From: Bilabrum cf. latius | Lineage: Eukaryota | Assembly: GCA_965178125.1 (NCBI GenBank) | Contig: OZ237754.1 | Span: 806,001 to 870,000 of the forward strand | DNA: 64,000 bases | Reading direction: 5' to 3' | The notes under the pieces: generated by a model | The model's input: only the letters and a program-made list of their open reading frames with translations | Told to the model about the DNA's origin: nothing | Database searches by the model: none | Position numbers and translations under genes: made by a program | Shown: in pieces, positions 1-13,147 of the stretch | Position numbering within the stretch: position 1 is the stretch's first letter | How the letters are laid out: every line of letters begins with the position of its first letter

Positions 1-1405
1 AGGGGTGGCAAAAGGCGCACCGCCGTCCTGGCCCTGGCCAAACTGGCGGGGCCCGCCAGCCCCGCGATCCCCGGAGCGGACACACGGCCCGATAGACGGA
101 CCGTCTGGCTGTGCGCCGGCCTGCGCATTACCCTGGTGTTGACCTGGAGGACTGTTCCCCGGGTGCCCGCGAGGAGCCACGCGTCCACGCACCCGGACCC
201 GGCCACGGCCTGGGCGGCGGCGCGCGCCGGGCTCGGCTGCTGCTGCGGGGACCGTGTGACGAGTGCGAGCTGGTCCGGAGGCGGCTGGGGGCACTTGCCC
301 GCCTGCAGGGCGGTCACAGCTTCCCACGGCAGCAGCGGAGCCTCCCCCGGGCTCGCAACCCAGTGGGGAGCCCTGCAGGTTGCAACCGGCACGTCCACGG
401 TGCGGCCCGGCCGCGCGACCGAAGGGATGGTCAGTGTGGTCGCGATCCGATCCGCGGTGCACCACGCCGCGAGCCGGCCCTCCACAGAGGCGGCCATGAC
501 CACGAGGCACGGCTGCAGCTGGGCGGGGCCCCTTGTTCCCTAGGGGAGCACCTGCGGAACTACCGCTGCACTAACGGCCACTGTGCGCGGCGCCAATCGG
601 AACCCGTCGTTGTCTGCTGGATCGACTTCGGGGGCAAGCTGGCAGCCCTTGGCAGTGGCCGAGGCAGGCCCCAGCCCCAGCATGAGCACCTTCGGCTGGG
701 GGGCGGACTGCTGCGCCTCGGGTCCTGCAGAAGGCGGCGGCATGTCTGTGTCTCGGTGGTGTGACGAGTGCGGCGGCTGCCACAGCATGAGGAGCGTGCC
801 GGCCGAGGCCCACCGCCAGCGGGCGGGGGGGCACGGGGTGTGAGCGATGCCGGGAGTGTCCGCCCGGCCGACGCACACATCAACATCTGCGACGAGGACG
901 ATGCGGCGCGATTAAAGTGCGTGAAAAATGTCGGTCAGTGCGAGGAGGTGGCACTGCCAGTGTCGTCGCGGGGAATCGCGTAAAAAAGTAGGTGCGCAGC
1001 AGCAATCTACGCCGAATCGCTGGGGCGGAGCTCGTTCATGGTCATCTGCACCTAAACCAAGTTCAACACGAGTTAGTGCATAGGTGCTTGTATTGCTCTC
1101 TTACGTTCTCTGGTTGCCACACGCAGCATGTGCTCCACGAGCAAGGGGTATCCGCGGTCCGTGCCATCCTCTAGTTGCAAAATAGTATCAGGGCCGGCTT
1201 CAGCCAAGCTCGACCCATTTTCAAGTCCCACCCTCTGCACCGAGCGGATAAACCCAGTTCCGCCTTGTGTCTTGTTTCGCTTAGCGGCACGTTCGTCCCC
1301 GCCTGGGGTACCGGCGGCCCGCTTACTCCCAATTACTGCGACTCCACCGCCGGGAGTCTTGGGCAGTTTATGAATACTTCCACCTGGAGCGGATATTTCA
1401 TCCAT
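1..1405 (-). CDS. 5' part of a spliced gene running off the window; possible beta-propeller (Nup133-like, speculative)
   Basis: ATG at 1405. Probable intron 1052-1104 (GTAAGA...CACTAAC...TTTAG); the second junction is unresolved. The frame from ~885 to 1 is open if TAG 540-542 is read as sense. RWASAGTLLMLW and VVMAASVEGRLAAW loosely resemble recalled Nup133 N-terminal strands. Confidence 0.45.
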
Positions 1406-1597
1406 GTCACAGTCCTCTTAGTGGGCTTGGCTGGCAATGTCTTCAAAGATAGCTCGCGTTGCGTGAAAACTCCAAAGCAATACTCAGAAGAGCGGTAGCG
1501 ACAACCGAGCAAACAATTGTATGCACGGGATTAAGATGTGCTGCGAGGGTCAATCCAGCCCTAGTTGCCGTTTACGCCGCACTCTGCTTTTTTACTA

Positions 1598-1620
1598 GGG
1601 TGAAGGTTCGTCAATCCGGA
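1598..1620 (+). repeat. Left terminal inverted repeat of the transposon
   Basis: Exact reverse complement of 4293-4315. A degenerate second copy (GGCTCGTCAAGTCGGA) follows at 1622-1637. Confidence 0.93.
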
Positions 1621-1863
1621 TGGCTCGTCAAGTCGGAATGGGCATTCAAACTGCAATTCGCGTGTAGCTCGCCGAATTTTCGCTAAGTGAGAACAGTAAT
1701 CACTCAGCAAAAAGTTCTTGAAACATTTAAACAAAAGGCTCGATGTGAGTGTATTGCAGATATCGTAAACGCGCGTGCGAGGTGGCGATGGAACCCCAAG
1801 TGGTTCCCAAGCGACGCCCAAAAAAGCGCCAAATTCGAGCTTTTTATCCTGGTTTTGAGCCAG

Positions 1864-3807
1864 ATGAATAGTCAATAGGATGCTCTATCCCATCTGAAAG
1901 CACGGGGTCTGGACATTCCATCTTCGACTGCCTCTGACTGGGTGAAGAAGGCAGCATCCGGACAAACGGTCGGTGCGAGAGGCGGTTCAAATCCGACATT
2001 GCCTAGGGAAGCAGAGGAATAGCTGGAGCTTCTCATTTCGGAGCTGAATAGATCAGGTGTTCATCCACATCCAGACTTCATCATTTCTTTCGCTAACTAT
2101 TGGCAAGACCTGTATATGAAGAAAGCGTTCCCCCGTCGCAAGTACGACAAGCTGTGTCGTGGCTGGCTCAAGGGATTCAAGAAGCGGTTCAAGATTTCTG
2201 CGCGGCGTAATGAGAACTACTAGCCAGAACGATTCCTAGTTAGGGCTAGCAGCGTCAGGGAGCTGTTCGCCATCCTGCGCCGCCTATTCAAGACGTTCAA
2301 GATCCAACTGCGCCGTCAAGTGGTCGTGTGCAATGAGTCCGGGTTCCAGTGCTGTGCTGCAGTTACAGCAGGTCTTGTCTCAACAGGGGCTCCATCATCT
2401 TCATCATCATCAAGCAGTAGCTCGGCTGCTTCCGGGGGAGCATCAAATCACCCCGAGGCTAGCGCTTGGAGGCCAACTGCCAAGGATTGCAACGCCGTCG
2501 AGTACGGAACGAGGCACACCACCACGCTGCTGTGTGCGTTGGATGCAGACGGCAAGCATGTGTGTAGCATCTACATCACAAAGGGCAAACACCGTGACGC
2601 CATTCCCCCTCCCACTGTGAGCGAGATCTCCAAGAAGGACCCGGAGGTGCTCCGGCATGGGCGCGACCTCCTCCGCTCGTCACCCAAGGCGTTCATCAAC
2701 AGCAAGCTCTGGCGCGACTTCATCGAGAAGTTGGTGTGGAATCTTGACAACCACTAGGGGCGGTAGGCAAACGAATGGTCCATCCTAATCACAGACGGAC
2801 ACTCGGCACATTACGACTTGGACACCATCGCCTGGGCCTTTGCCCACCGCCTCATCATTGTGACGATCCCCCCTCACTCCTCGGCAGAACTGCAGGTAGA
2901 GGACGTTTCGGTATTCAAGCCGCTCAAGACAGAGTTTCGAAAGCTGGTGACCACGTACACTACAAGCATTCCGGAATTCTACGCGAACAAGGACTGGACG
3001 CCAAGGGCAGTGGCGTACGCCCTCGCCAACATCTTGCGACCAAGTGGGGACAAGCCCGCCGGGCATGTCGTACACAGTGGCTTCGCGCACTGCGGCCTGT
3101 GGGACTACGATTCAGACACCCCTCTGCATGAAATTAACATCAAGAAGCGCATTGCGGAGTGTAAGGGCCGTGAAGAACACATGAAGCTGGGTCGGAAGAG
3201 GAAGCGCCAGCCGGCGCAGAGGCACTGGGAGGCACGCGAGGAGGAGAGCGGAAAAGTCCTAGAAGCCATGGATGGGTCAGACATCGGGAAGCAGACTTTG
3301 ATTGCGTCGTCGAGGGGAAAGAAACATGCGGGGGAGCAGTTCGAGAAGGTCAAGAACGATGCAGTGGAGCGAGCTACCAAACGCCTGCGATCCACCCAGC
3401 CGGGGGGCCGCCGAGACCCCCTGGAGCAGGAGCGGCAAGGGCGACCGCAGGACACGCGCGTGTACTGGAACTCAAAGCAGCTGGACACGTGGGCAAAGAC
3501 AAAGGTATCAGCTATGATTGCAGCTGCAGGTACTTCAATTGGAGCCACGCGATCCGTGCTTGCCTCAGTTGGCAAGGTCGTTGGGGCTCTCGGTACCTTT
3601 ATGGAGGTCACCAGTTCCAAGGATGCAACCGAGGAAGATAATGACAACGCTTTCATGGCTCTGACGGACCAAATAAGCATGATGGAGTCTGTCTCGGCGA
3701 CCGCATCATCTGCATGTGATGAACTGGAGAAGGCCCGGGCAGCTGCCAGCGAGCAGAAGCCACGCCCGCTGCAGATCGAAGATGAGGCCACAGGTGGAAG
3801 CTCCTGA
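1864..3807 (+). CDS. CENP-B-type HTH plus DDE_1 transposase (~647 aa with TAG=Gln; start uncertain)
   Basis: One frame with TAG at 1876, 2020, 2221, 2755 and 2764, ending TGA at 3805. Motifs: LPREAEE*LELLI, GWLKGFKKRF, VCNESGF, ILITDGHSAH and IPPHSSAELQVEDVSVFKPLK, with 35 residues between the last two Asp. Confidence 0.85.
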
Positions 3808-4292
3808 GCTCGCTATTTTTTCCAAGCAACTAGAAGCATGATTTAAAACTTTGTTTTATCCCAATCATGCGGTTCTCTTTGCCTATACCTAATTTTTCCG
3901 AGAGTAAATCGACAAGTTGCAGTTCGGCACAGCGGTCCGAATCGTGGCCGGACTCGCCATTCCGCGATGATATCCGTTCTTAGCATGCCAGCCATCGAAA
4001 GATATTTACCACACCATAAAGCTAACACTTCAGCAACAGCATGTGCGCGGCGGCAAAATACCGAACTCATTGCTCGTGGTGTAGTTGCAGCGTTCCGGAT
4101 TGATGAGCCACCGATTTTTGGGGTGCACAGAGCACTAACTTCACGTCAAGGTTACTAGTCACATACTCAAAGATTTCCGAAACAAGATGCACTTTTTGGA
4201 ACTTCAATCGGTGTAGAATTCATCTAGAAAAACGGAAACATATGACATGGTGTTCTCGGCCAGATTTCCCGCTCGAAGTTCGGCGGCTCCAG

Positions 4293-4315
4293 TCCGGATT
4301 GACGAACCTTCACCC
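4293..4315 (-). repeat. Right terminal inverted repeat of the transposon
   Basis: TCCGGATTGACGAACCTTCACCC followed by TA. A degenerate internal copy TCCGGATTGATGAGCC lies at 4094-4109. Confidence 0.93.
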
Positions 4316-4601
4316 TAAAGCGATGTGTGTGGGTGTGATGACGAGCACGGCAGCGGCACCGCTGTGCTGGTGACTGCATGCATGAAGCATTCTGGTGCAT
4401 TCAGCATCCAGGGCAGCGTGTTCCAATGGACAATCTAACTTCTACTCAACACATCAAGGCTGCCCTCCAGCCCCACCGACCGAAGCATACCAACAATCCC
4501 CCCAACCCCCCCCTCTCAGCTCCCTACGAAGCGACAAGATCCAACCCCCACCGCCACACTACATCAAATCCCCCTACACCCAAAAGGTAACCCTCTTTCC
4601 A

Positions 4602-5909
4602 TCACGTCCTCTGCCCCCCCTCCAGCTTGGCCAGCTCGGACCCCTCCCCCTCGCCCCCGCTGTCCTCCCGGGAGCCCCCGTTGCTGTCGTCACCCCGCGC
4701 AGCCACAGCCCCCGCACCCACGCTCGCACCGCTTTCCCCCCCGTCCCTCACCCCCGTGGCCTCCGCCAGTTTGGCCAGCCTCTGCCTCTCCTGCGATGCC
4801 TGGTACTGGACAAACCCGTAGTACACGCCCCCGCTGAACCCGATGAGCAGCCCCATGAAGTTGGTCGGCTCGAAGATGTAGTCGGAGAACAAAAACAGGG
4901 ACAGGATGAACGCGGCGAAGTTCTTCACCTGCCCGATCACGGACTGGGTGGTGGCCCCGTTCAAACTGGAGCTAAAGTACGTCGACAGGTTGAGGAAGAA
5001 CGCCAGAGTGGCCGAGAAGAAGAACACGACCATGAAGCCGGCATTGGCGAGGTTGGGGAATGACAGGGCCTTGCTCATCTCCCCCGTGCCCGCGCACACG
5101 ACGAACAGCACCGGCAGGGTCAGCACGGTGTTGTAGTACAGGATCGCGAACGTGGATAGGTTGCTCTGCTTCTTCACGTCGCCGATCGAGGTGGTGTACA
5201 GCGCCGTGAGGACGTTGGTCAGGATCACCAGCCCATACGAATACAGGTCAAAGGTGAGGTCCTTCCAGGCCGCGATACCCGCCCCCACCAGCATGATGGC
5301 CACCGCAAAGAGCACCTTCTGCGAGGGTGTCTTGCCGTAGTAGTAGTACTCCATGCCCATGGCGAAGCAGATGGTCGTGCGCCGCAGCGCGGTGAACATG
5401 GGCACGTTGACGCTCCCCAGCGCCATCAGCGAGACGACGACGTATCCCACGAAGGCCAGAGACAGGGGTGCGATCTTCTTGGCCAGCTCCCAGTTGAAGG
5501 AGGGCAGCGTGATGATGCCCATCTAAGAGACGACCGTGAGTGCCACGAGCGTGAACAGGCTCTGGCACACGGTGAGGAACATGGGGTACTGGAAATCGTA
5601 CGTGCTCATCACGGCCTTGTTGAAGAGCGTGATGGTCATGCTGCTCAGGCCGTACATGAGAGCCCAGAACATGCCGCTGCCCATCGCGCCCCCTGCGCCG
5701 CCGCCGGAGGACGACTTGGAGGAATTTGCTGATTTGGATCCCTTGCCACCGCTGCCATTCTATCCAGCTGGTCCCACTACCGGCACGCCGCCCGACGAGC
5801 TGGGAGGAGCTTCCGAAGACATGTCTGCCTCAGGCGTTGATCTCGTGCCCTGTTCCAAAGTCTCTGCCGCGCGAGTCCCGTAACCGCGCTGGCGAGATTC
5901 TCCCTGCAT
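4602..5909 (-). CDS. Nucleotide-sugar transporter, SLC35D/TPT family (~435 aa)
   Basis: ATG 5909 to TGA 4602 in one frame with 2 TAGs (5760 and 5523). ITLFNKAVMSTYDFQYPMFLTVCQ lies upstream of the TAG; VPMFTALRR and TTQSVIGQVKN lie downstream. Multiple hydrophobic helices. Confidence 0.88.
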
Positions 5910-6361
5910 TAAGCAGAGAAGCGAATAGACTGCTGCACAAACACGGCAGCAACGAGCAGGTACAGCTGCTCAGACTTCCCTGCGACGGCAAAAACGGACA
6001 GAACCACAGTTGGAAATAGTTTCCTGAGGCACTAAGAGACAGTAAACTAGCACATGAGTACGAAAATGTCATGGCTCTGCTGTGGCATAGCCAAGCACGG
6101 CAGATGGGGTGCGCAAGATTCTTCCGGTTCGGAAGTACAGTTGCGATGCGATGCTCAAGGAGCAATCGTGTGTTGCTCCCGATCCTTCGCTCTCGATTCA
6201 TTGTTTTGATCGTTACATCTGATGTGAATAATTTACTCACTGTGCTGTTGGGCTGTCCTTGTGGAGTTTTTGGCCAACGATCTCGTCGCGGCCAGGTTGC
6301 GTGCGATTTCACGGCGGCCGAAAATATTGCACCTGCGGCAACTCGACGCATAGACCTTGCT

Positions 6362-9300
6362 ATGAAGAGCGGCCGGCTAGATCTGCTCGATCTGAATGAA
6401 GGGGAGCATTACTTTGAGGAGTATGACGGGGAGTACTAGTACGTCTCCCGAACAGATGCTGAGGGCACCGTGCGACGAGGAGCGGATGCAGTAGCCGCGA
6501 GTGTCACGGAGCATGCGTACGAACCAGGAACGTTTCACGTAGCCTCCAAAGCCATTTACTTTGAACCCGAGTCTGCATACCTTCCAATCCTCCGATTCCG
6601 GTTCGCGGACATGCCAAGACCCCCTGCATCGGTCCTGCGGCTAAGCCAAGGCCCGTAGGCGGCGTTGGGCGAGCGCAAGTCGGCGCAGGCGGGATCCACT
6701 CTATTGTTTCAGGCGACACAAGCCACTCGGATCAAGCAAGACGGTCGCATTGGACCTCACTAGACTGTGGTGCTCGATAGCGGCCCGGACGCCGCGGGCT
6801 CGAGCCTGGGCAAGGACATTGCCGACGAGCCCGCGCTGGTGGAAGGGAGGGGAGTGGCCATCCTGAGGGCCGGGCACGCCGGACTCGATACCGACAAAGC
6901 AGCAAGACTAGAGGACCTGCTCCTGCTCTGCTTCCGCGCCGCGCACTGCCGTGCGCTGCACCGGCTGCAGGGTGCCTCTGGCCGGCCGCCCACGGAAGAC
7001 GAGTTGCTGGGTCCTCTGGTCCGGAGGCGGTGGGAGCTGCCTCCCCCTGGGTATGCGGGGGCAACGGGAGGTGGTGCGGCGGGTGCATCGCACGGTGGTG
7101 CTATCCTCGCGCCCGGTGAGCCCGGCGGGCCGTCATCCTTGTCATCTTCATCTTCAGGGATGGGCGCCCCGACCCTGTCGGCGGGGGAGTCCATGCTGCC
7201 CCAGGGCCCCTGGCCCGTGCTGCGGGCGCGTCCACTGGTGGACCAGGACTGCCGCTTGTTCCTCAGCGACAGGGCGCTGTACCTGAGGCCGTCCGCCGTG
7301 AACTGCCCCAGGGCGGGGGTCCCCGACCCGGTGCAGTCCATTGCGGTGGCGGCGGCGGCGGGAGAGACGGCGCTCCTTGGACCGGTGCCCCAGCTGGGTG
7401 CACTGCACGGTAGTGAAACCGGCGGGAGCGGGGCCCCGCTGGGCGCACCCTTGGGCGTACCGGGGTCGATCGGCACACCTGCAGGGTCGGGAAACCGGAA
7501 CCGTCACCGCGACCTCCGTGCTAGGCTGGATGACCCGGGTGCATCGCACGATGCCGTAAGGGCGGGGGAGCTGGCCGCGTTGGAGGGCGAGCGGGCGTCT
7601 TCTGGTGGTGCGGGCTCGGGGGCTATGGAAGCGGGGTCGGGGGGTGCGGGGGGCCAGTGGGGGGGGGCGAAGCTCCGTGTGGGGTGGGAGAACGTTCGCG
7701 TGCTTCGGCGGCGCACGCGCATGCGGAGGGACGTGGGTCTAGAGCTGGAGCTGCTGCCCAGCTCCAGGGGCGGCGCGGGATCCGGTGGGATGGGCACGGG
7801 CATGGGCATGGGCATGGTTGAAGGGACAGGTATGGAGCCGGGGGTAGGGTCTTTTGCAGCCACGGCCACGGGCACGGGCACGGGGACAGGGACCGGTGGT
7901 GGCAGTGGGTCGAACGGGCAAGGGGGAAGGCGCGGCCGGGAGGGGCTGAAGGAGATCGGCGGCGCCGCGGGAGGTTCCGCAGGGGAGTCCTCGTCACTGT
8001 CCAAAGGGGGGCGGCGGCGCCGTGGCAGCAGCCGCTACTCGGATTCGGAATCGGACGAGCCGACGGCCGCGGCACGGGCCGAGTAGCAGCTCCTGCGGAA
8101 CCCATGGCTCCTGCAGCCGCGCGGCGCCGCCGTCTTGCTCGTGTTCCGCAGCCGTGGGGAGCGGGAGCGCGCCTTGGCAGCGATCGCGGGGCAGTGCCCT
8201 GGCGTCTTGGTCGCGCCGGCGCGCCGGTCCGTGGCGGAGGCCCGCTGGCTCCGGGCCGCCCAGGGGGCCTGGCGGCAGGGTGCCCTGGGCACGTTCGAGT
8301 ACCTCGCGGTGCTCAACTCCGCGGCGGGTCGGTCGAGGTGCGACCTGCAGCAGTACCCCGTGTTCCCCTGGGTCATCCGGGACTACGAGAGCTACGAGCT
8401 GGACCTGGAGGCCGAGGGAGCCGCGTGGCTGCGTGACCTGGCGGTGCCCATCGGGGCCATGAACGAGGCGAGGCTGGGGAAGTTTCGGGAGAAGCTGGAG
8501 AGCCTGCGGGTGGACGGGGGTGTGACGAGTGAGGGGCCGGGGCACGGCGAGCAGCCGGGAGGAAGGAAGGAAGGCGCCGGGCCTGCCGGTCCTAGGGGCA
8601 GCCCCGCGCGGCCGGGCCCAGGGAACAAGAGTGGCAAGCCGCACCAGGAGCCCCTGCACAAGCACGGGCTCTACCGCTCGCACTACAGCAACCAGTCCTA
8701 CGTGATTTTCTACCTGGCCCGCGTAATGCCCGAGCACATGCTGCGGCTGCAGTCGGGCAGCTTCGACGCGCCCGACCGAATGTTCCGCGGGGTTCGCCAG
8801 GCCTGGGAGTCGGTGACGGGCACCAACGGGATGGACGTCAAGGAGCTGGTGCCCGAGTTCTACGAGCCTGGCACGGCGGGCCGGTTCCTCGTGAACTCCA
8901 GGGGGATCCGCTTCGGCGAGCTGTCGGACGGGAGCACCGTGGGGGACGCCGAGCTGCCCCCCTGGGCGCTCGACGCCTCTGATTTCGTGCTGCAGTGCCG
9001 CAGGGCGCTGGAGCACCCGGCGTGCTGCAGTACGATGCACCGATGGATCGACCTGGTGTTCGGGAGCCGGCAACGGGGCAGGGCCGCCGACCTCGCCGAC
9101 AACCTGTTCGAGCCGGACAGCTACGAGGGCGCCGTGGACCTGGACCGGATTTCTGATCCGATCCGCAGGGAACAAGCCAGGGCAGTGCTCGCGGAGCTGG
9201 GCCAGACGCCCTCTCAGCTGTTCCTCAGCGACCACCCCCATTGGGTGGGCCCCCAGATCGGGGGGGTCATAGGATAGCCGGATGCATCCGGTGCAGCGGG

Positions 9301-12300
9301 GGCGGGCGGGGATCAGGCGCTGGATGAGGCAGTGGCGGTGAATCGGAGCAGTGACGTCACTGCGGGCGGGCCGTCTAGCGGTGCAGGCGCCTCGGACGGT
9401 GCAGGCGATGCACCCGCGCCGCGGGCGGCGGACTCATTCCGAGCTGCATCCAATGCATATGATGCAACCGCTACGGCCGGCAGCACCGACCAGCGCACCG
9501 ACGGTCGCGAAGATGAAGATACGAAGGCTACCGAGGAACACATCATCGCCTGGAAGGAAGCACAGTCCCAGTCGTGGTCCGCCTCCAAGGCCGTGGAGGA
9601 TGCAGCCAGGTCGATCAAGCGGTCCGCACCGCAGCACGTGCTGCGGTTCCATCGACTCTGGGCCAGAAAGGTGCCCGACCCAGACGAGGAGATACGGGTG
9701 GACGAGGGTGTGACGAGTGAGGATGCCTCTCGAGAAGAGGCCTCGTCCTCTCCCGTGCCGATGGCCCAGACGGGTGGGATGGCAGGGGAAGGCGAGGGCC
9801 CTGGTGCTGGTGCTGGTGCTGGTGCTGGAGCAGGTGCGTCGGCGGGGTCTGGTTCCGGGCCCGACTCGCCTCGGCTGCTCCGGGGCTCCTCTGTGGGCAC
9901 CAGCGTCCGAAGCGGGTCTCCTGCGGTGTCCCAGGGAACAGCAAGGGAGGGAGAGGGGAGGCGGAAGGGGGGTGCCGCGTCCCCCAGCAAGCGGGGGTCA
10001 GCCAGGGGCCGTGACCCCGCAGAGGGGGTGCTCCGCAGGGACATCGAGGAGTCGGCAGGGGCGTGCGACGTGGTGGCGGCAGGGCCGGGGACGTGGCCGG
10101 GCACGGTGCGTCTGCACGGCGGTCCGGTGGAGGCGGTTTGCGCCTCGGAGCTGCAGCCGAGCCGGTGCGTTGTGACTCTGGGTGCTGACGGGCTGCACAG
10201 GCGGTGTGGGGTGGCCACTGCGGAACCTCTTGCTCTCGCCGCGGCGCCGTTCCGGGGGTATGATGAGGCTCTCATGCCTTCGGGGTCATCATCTTCATCT
10301 TCCAAAAAAGCTGCTGCGGGCAAGGGCAGAGACACAGCTGGAAGTGCTGCAATGCCGAAGCCTCTCGCGACCAAGACAGCTTCACAAGGCAAAGGCACAG
10401 ACAAAGGCGCCATCAGTACCATGGCCAGCTACCCCACTGCGGGGGCACCCCTCGGGGGTCAGGACTTCCTGCTGGCGGGGTCGAGCCGGGGGTCGGTGTG
10501 CCTCGTGCGGCTGGCGCGGGGCTCGCCTGTCAGCAGAGTGCAGATTGGGGCACACAAAGGCCGCGTGCTGTCGTGCGCTGCTCCCAGGACTGCGCTCCTG
10601 CGGCCCTCCGGAGAAGAGGACCAAGAGGCCCTGGCGGCTGGGTCGGGGTCGGGCAGGGGCGGCGGGAGAGGGGGCAAGGGAGCCGGTGAGCGTCTTCGGC
10701 GGATGTCGTCACTGAAGGCGGTTCGAAGGGCTGCCGAAGAAGCCGGAGCGAACGTTCTCTGCACGGCGGGGGCAGACGGGGACGTGTGTCTGTTCGCGGT
10801 GGGGGCCGCTGGCCAGGGGGGTGCGCCTGCCGCCGGGGAGCAGGAAGAGGAACTGGCCGGTGGGGTAGGTGCATTGCACGGGGGTGCAGGGGATGCATCG
10901 CTGCCGTCGCTGCATCTGCTTTGCAGGATAGAGGCCAGGGCAGTTCTGGCCGCGCTGGATCAGGTCGAGCAGGGGCAAGGGCAAGGGCAAGGACAAGGGC
11001 AAGGGCAAGGGCAATGGCAAGGGGGAGGGAAGGGACGGAGGGCGGGCGATTGGCCCCCCGCCGTGCCTGCTGGTCTCTCCTCAATCAGTGGAGCTGGACT
11101 TGAAGACGATGACCAAGAGGATGGCGGTGCCAGCGGTATCAAAGGCAAAGGGGTGGACCTATCCGCACTGCTGGGACCCACCACCTCCTCCTCCTCCGCG
11201 GCAAGCCCGCTCCGACCTCGCTAGTCCGGGGAGAAATCCAACGGCAGTAAGAAAGACGGCGTAAAGAAGAAGCTGGAGCTCGGCTCGGAATCGAATTCCA
11301 AGCGATCGAGGCCGAGTGCAACGCCAGTGCCAGTGCCCGCAACCGCCGTGGCCTTGTCCCAGGCAGCTGACCGGTTGGCCGTGGGCTTCGGGGACGGGTC
11401 TGTTCTGACCGTGCGTCTGCGTGCGGTGGGAAGCAAGGCAGGGGGAAAGAAGGGCAAAGGGAAGGGCAAGGGCAGCGGCAGCAGCACCCCAAGGACAGGT
11501 GCAGCCGGTGCAGGTGAGCTCAAGGCCTTCCGAGCTAGGAGTGGACGGGACCTGTGCGGCCTGGCGGACGGGATGCAGGTCGCGTGGGCTGCGGACGCAG
11601 CCAGGGAACAAGGGTCTGGAACAGCGCAGGTGCCGGTGGGTAGACCGGAGCTTGGTGGCCGCTCGGGGATCGTCTGGATGCAATGGGTGGAGCTGGAGAC
11701 ACAAGAAGGGGGCAGCACAGGGGAGGACGACGATGGTGGAGACGGGGGTGAGCGGGGTGCGGGTCTGCTGGACGCGGATGACAGCGTCTGGGACGGGTAC
11801 GGGGACGGGGGTGAGATGCCTGCGGGAGTAGGGGGTTCTGAGGTGGGTGCAGGGGGCAAGGGGGGACATGAAGAGGAGGAGGATGGGGGTGGTGGGACCT
11901 AGGGAACAAGCGGCGAGGGAGCCAAGGCGCGGCTGCTTGCTCTCTCCTCTAGCGGGGAGCTGGCTGTATATGACGCTGACGCTGTGTGCTTGGCCGTGTT
12001 CGCGCTGGGCCACCGGTGCACCTGCGCAGCGCTGGCACCGGGCGGGAGGGTGCTGCTCGCGGGCGGGGAACAAGGATCGCTGGCGGCGTACGATGCGTTT
12101 GCGGCCGTGCGGGCCGCGAATGGCGGCAGTCGTGGAGTGGGTCGCGATGGTTCGGCGCCGGGGACGACTGCGGCATTGGTTGCGCCGCCCGTGCTGCCGC
12201 TCGAGGTGCTGAGCCGAGCGCTGCGTCCGGGCCGCGAAGGTGTGACGAGTGCTTCTAATGGTGTGACGAGTGTTATTGATTATGGGGAGTTCAAAGAGGA

Positions 12301-12835
12301 CGAGAACGGCTCGGTAGACTCAGTGGATCAGGAGGGCGGTGAACATGGTGATGGTGATGGTCATGGTAATATCGGTCGTGGGATTGAAGTAGACAACGGG
12401 GGCGGTAAGGCTGAAAGGGATGGTGGCGCCGACCCAAATGCGGTTGTTGACAGTGCAGGCGCCGTGGCGGCCCAGGCAGACGCACTGCTGGCTTGGCTAG
12501 ACGCTCGGTCGGCCATTGGCCCAGTGCGAGCACGGGGCAACTGCTTGCTGCTCGGTCGCATGAGTGCGGTCGGGGGCGCGCCTGGGACCAGAGGGGTGCC
12601 AGGAAAGGGGACCAAAAAGGAATCAAAACAAGGATCAAAGAAGGATGCACTCAGGGGGGCCTAGAGGGATGCTTCAAGCAAGTCAGGTGGTGTTGCGAGC
12701 ACGGATGGAGACGAAGACGATGGAGCGAACACGCCCCCGGCCGTCCGCAGCGTGTTCGTCAGCTCGGACCAGCGGTTGGTGATCGCTGGGCTGGATGATG
12801 GGTGCGTTGGTCTGCTGTACAAGGAGTTCAAGTGA
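6362..12835 (+). CDS. NSMAF: FAN/NSMAF-like GRAM-BEACH-WD40 protein with large low-complexity inserts (~2157 aa)
   Basis: Single frame with TAG at 6437, 6656, 6761, 8084, 9275, 11222, 11900 and 12662, ending TGA at 12833. The N-terminus RLDLLDLNEGEHYFEE...GTFHVASKAIYFEP resembles FAN. BEACH motifs: FEYLAVLN, DLQQYPVFPWV, YRSHYS, DVKELVPEFY, WIDLVFG and LGQTPSQLF. C-terminal WD-like strands. Confidence 0.85.
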
Positions 12836-13147
12836 GTTGCCTAGTAGGGCAGCTCCGGTTCCGTTCCTGTGGTGAGATGCCGCGACCACAAAAGCAGAAG
12901 GCGTTTGCCAAGACTATGTAGCAAAACCCTGCTTAGCTTGACTTCCACATGTTAATTGATGATGAATTCCGGTCGAAAGTGCACCGAGGAGATGTAAAAC
13001 AAGAAGAACCGTGCTATGCGCCTCAATGCACTGCACTTTCTGCCTGGCCACACCATGTTAGGGCACTTTGATTAATCGCATCAACAGTCGTACCGGGTAC
13101 CCTCTTCCGTAGATATGCCTGAAGGGCGCGCTCAATGGAGGCACCCA

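Larger units (their letters stand above)
1598..4315 (+). mobile_element. Complete pogo/Fot1-like (Tc1/mariner superfamily) DNA transposon, 2718 bp
   Basis: Perfect 23-bp terminal inverted repeats GGGTGAAGGTTCGTCAATCCGGA (1598-1620) and its reverse complement (4293-4315), each flanked by TA (1596-97 and 4316-17). Encloses a DDE_1 transposase and is visibly lower in GC than the flanking genes. Confidence 0.92.

Noticed and set aside
1684-1686. In-frame TAA upstream of the transposase as evidence for TAA read-through
   Set aside because: The upstream frame crosses the TIR into flanking host DNA, so it cannot be part of the transposase.
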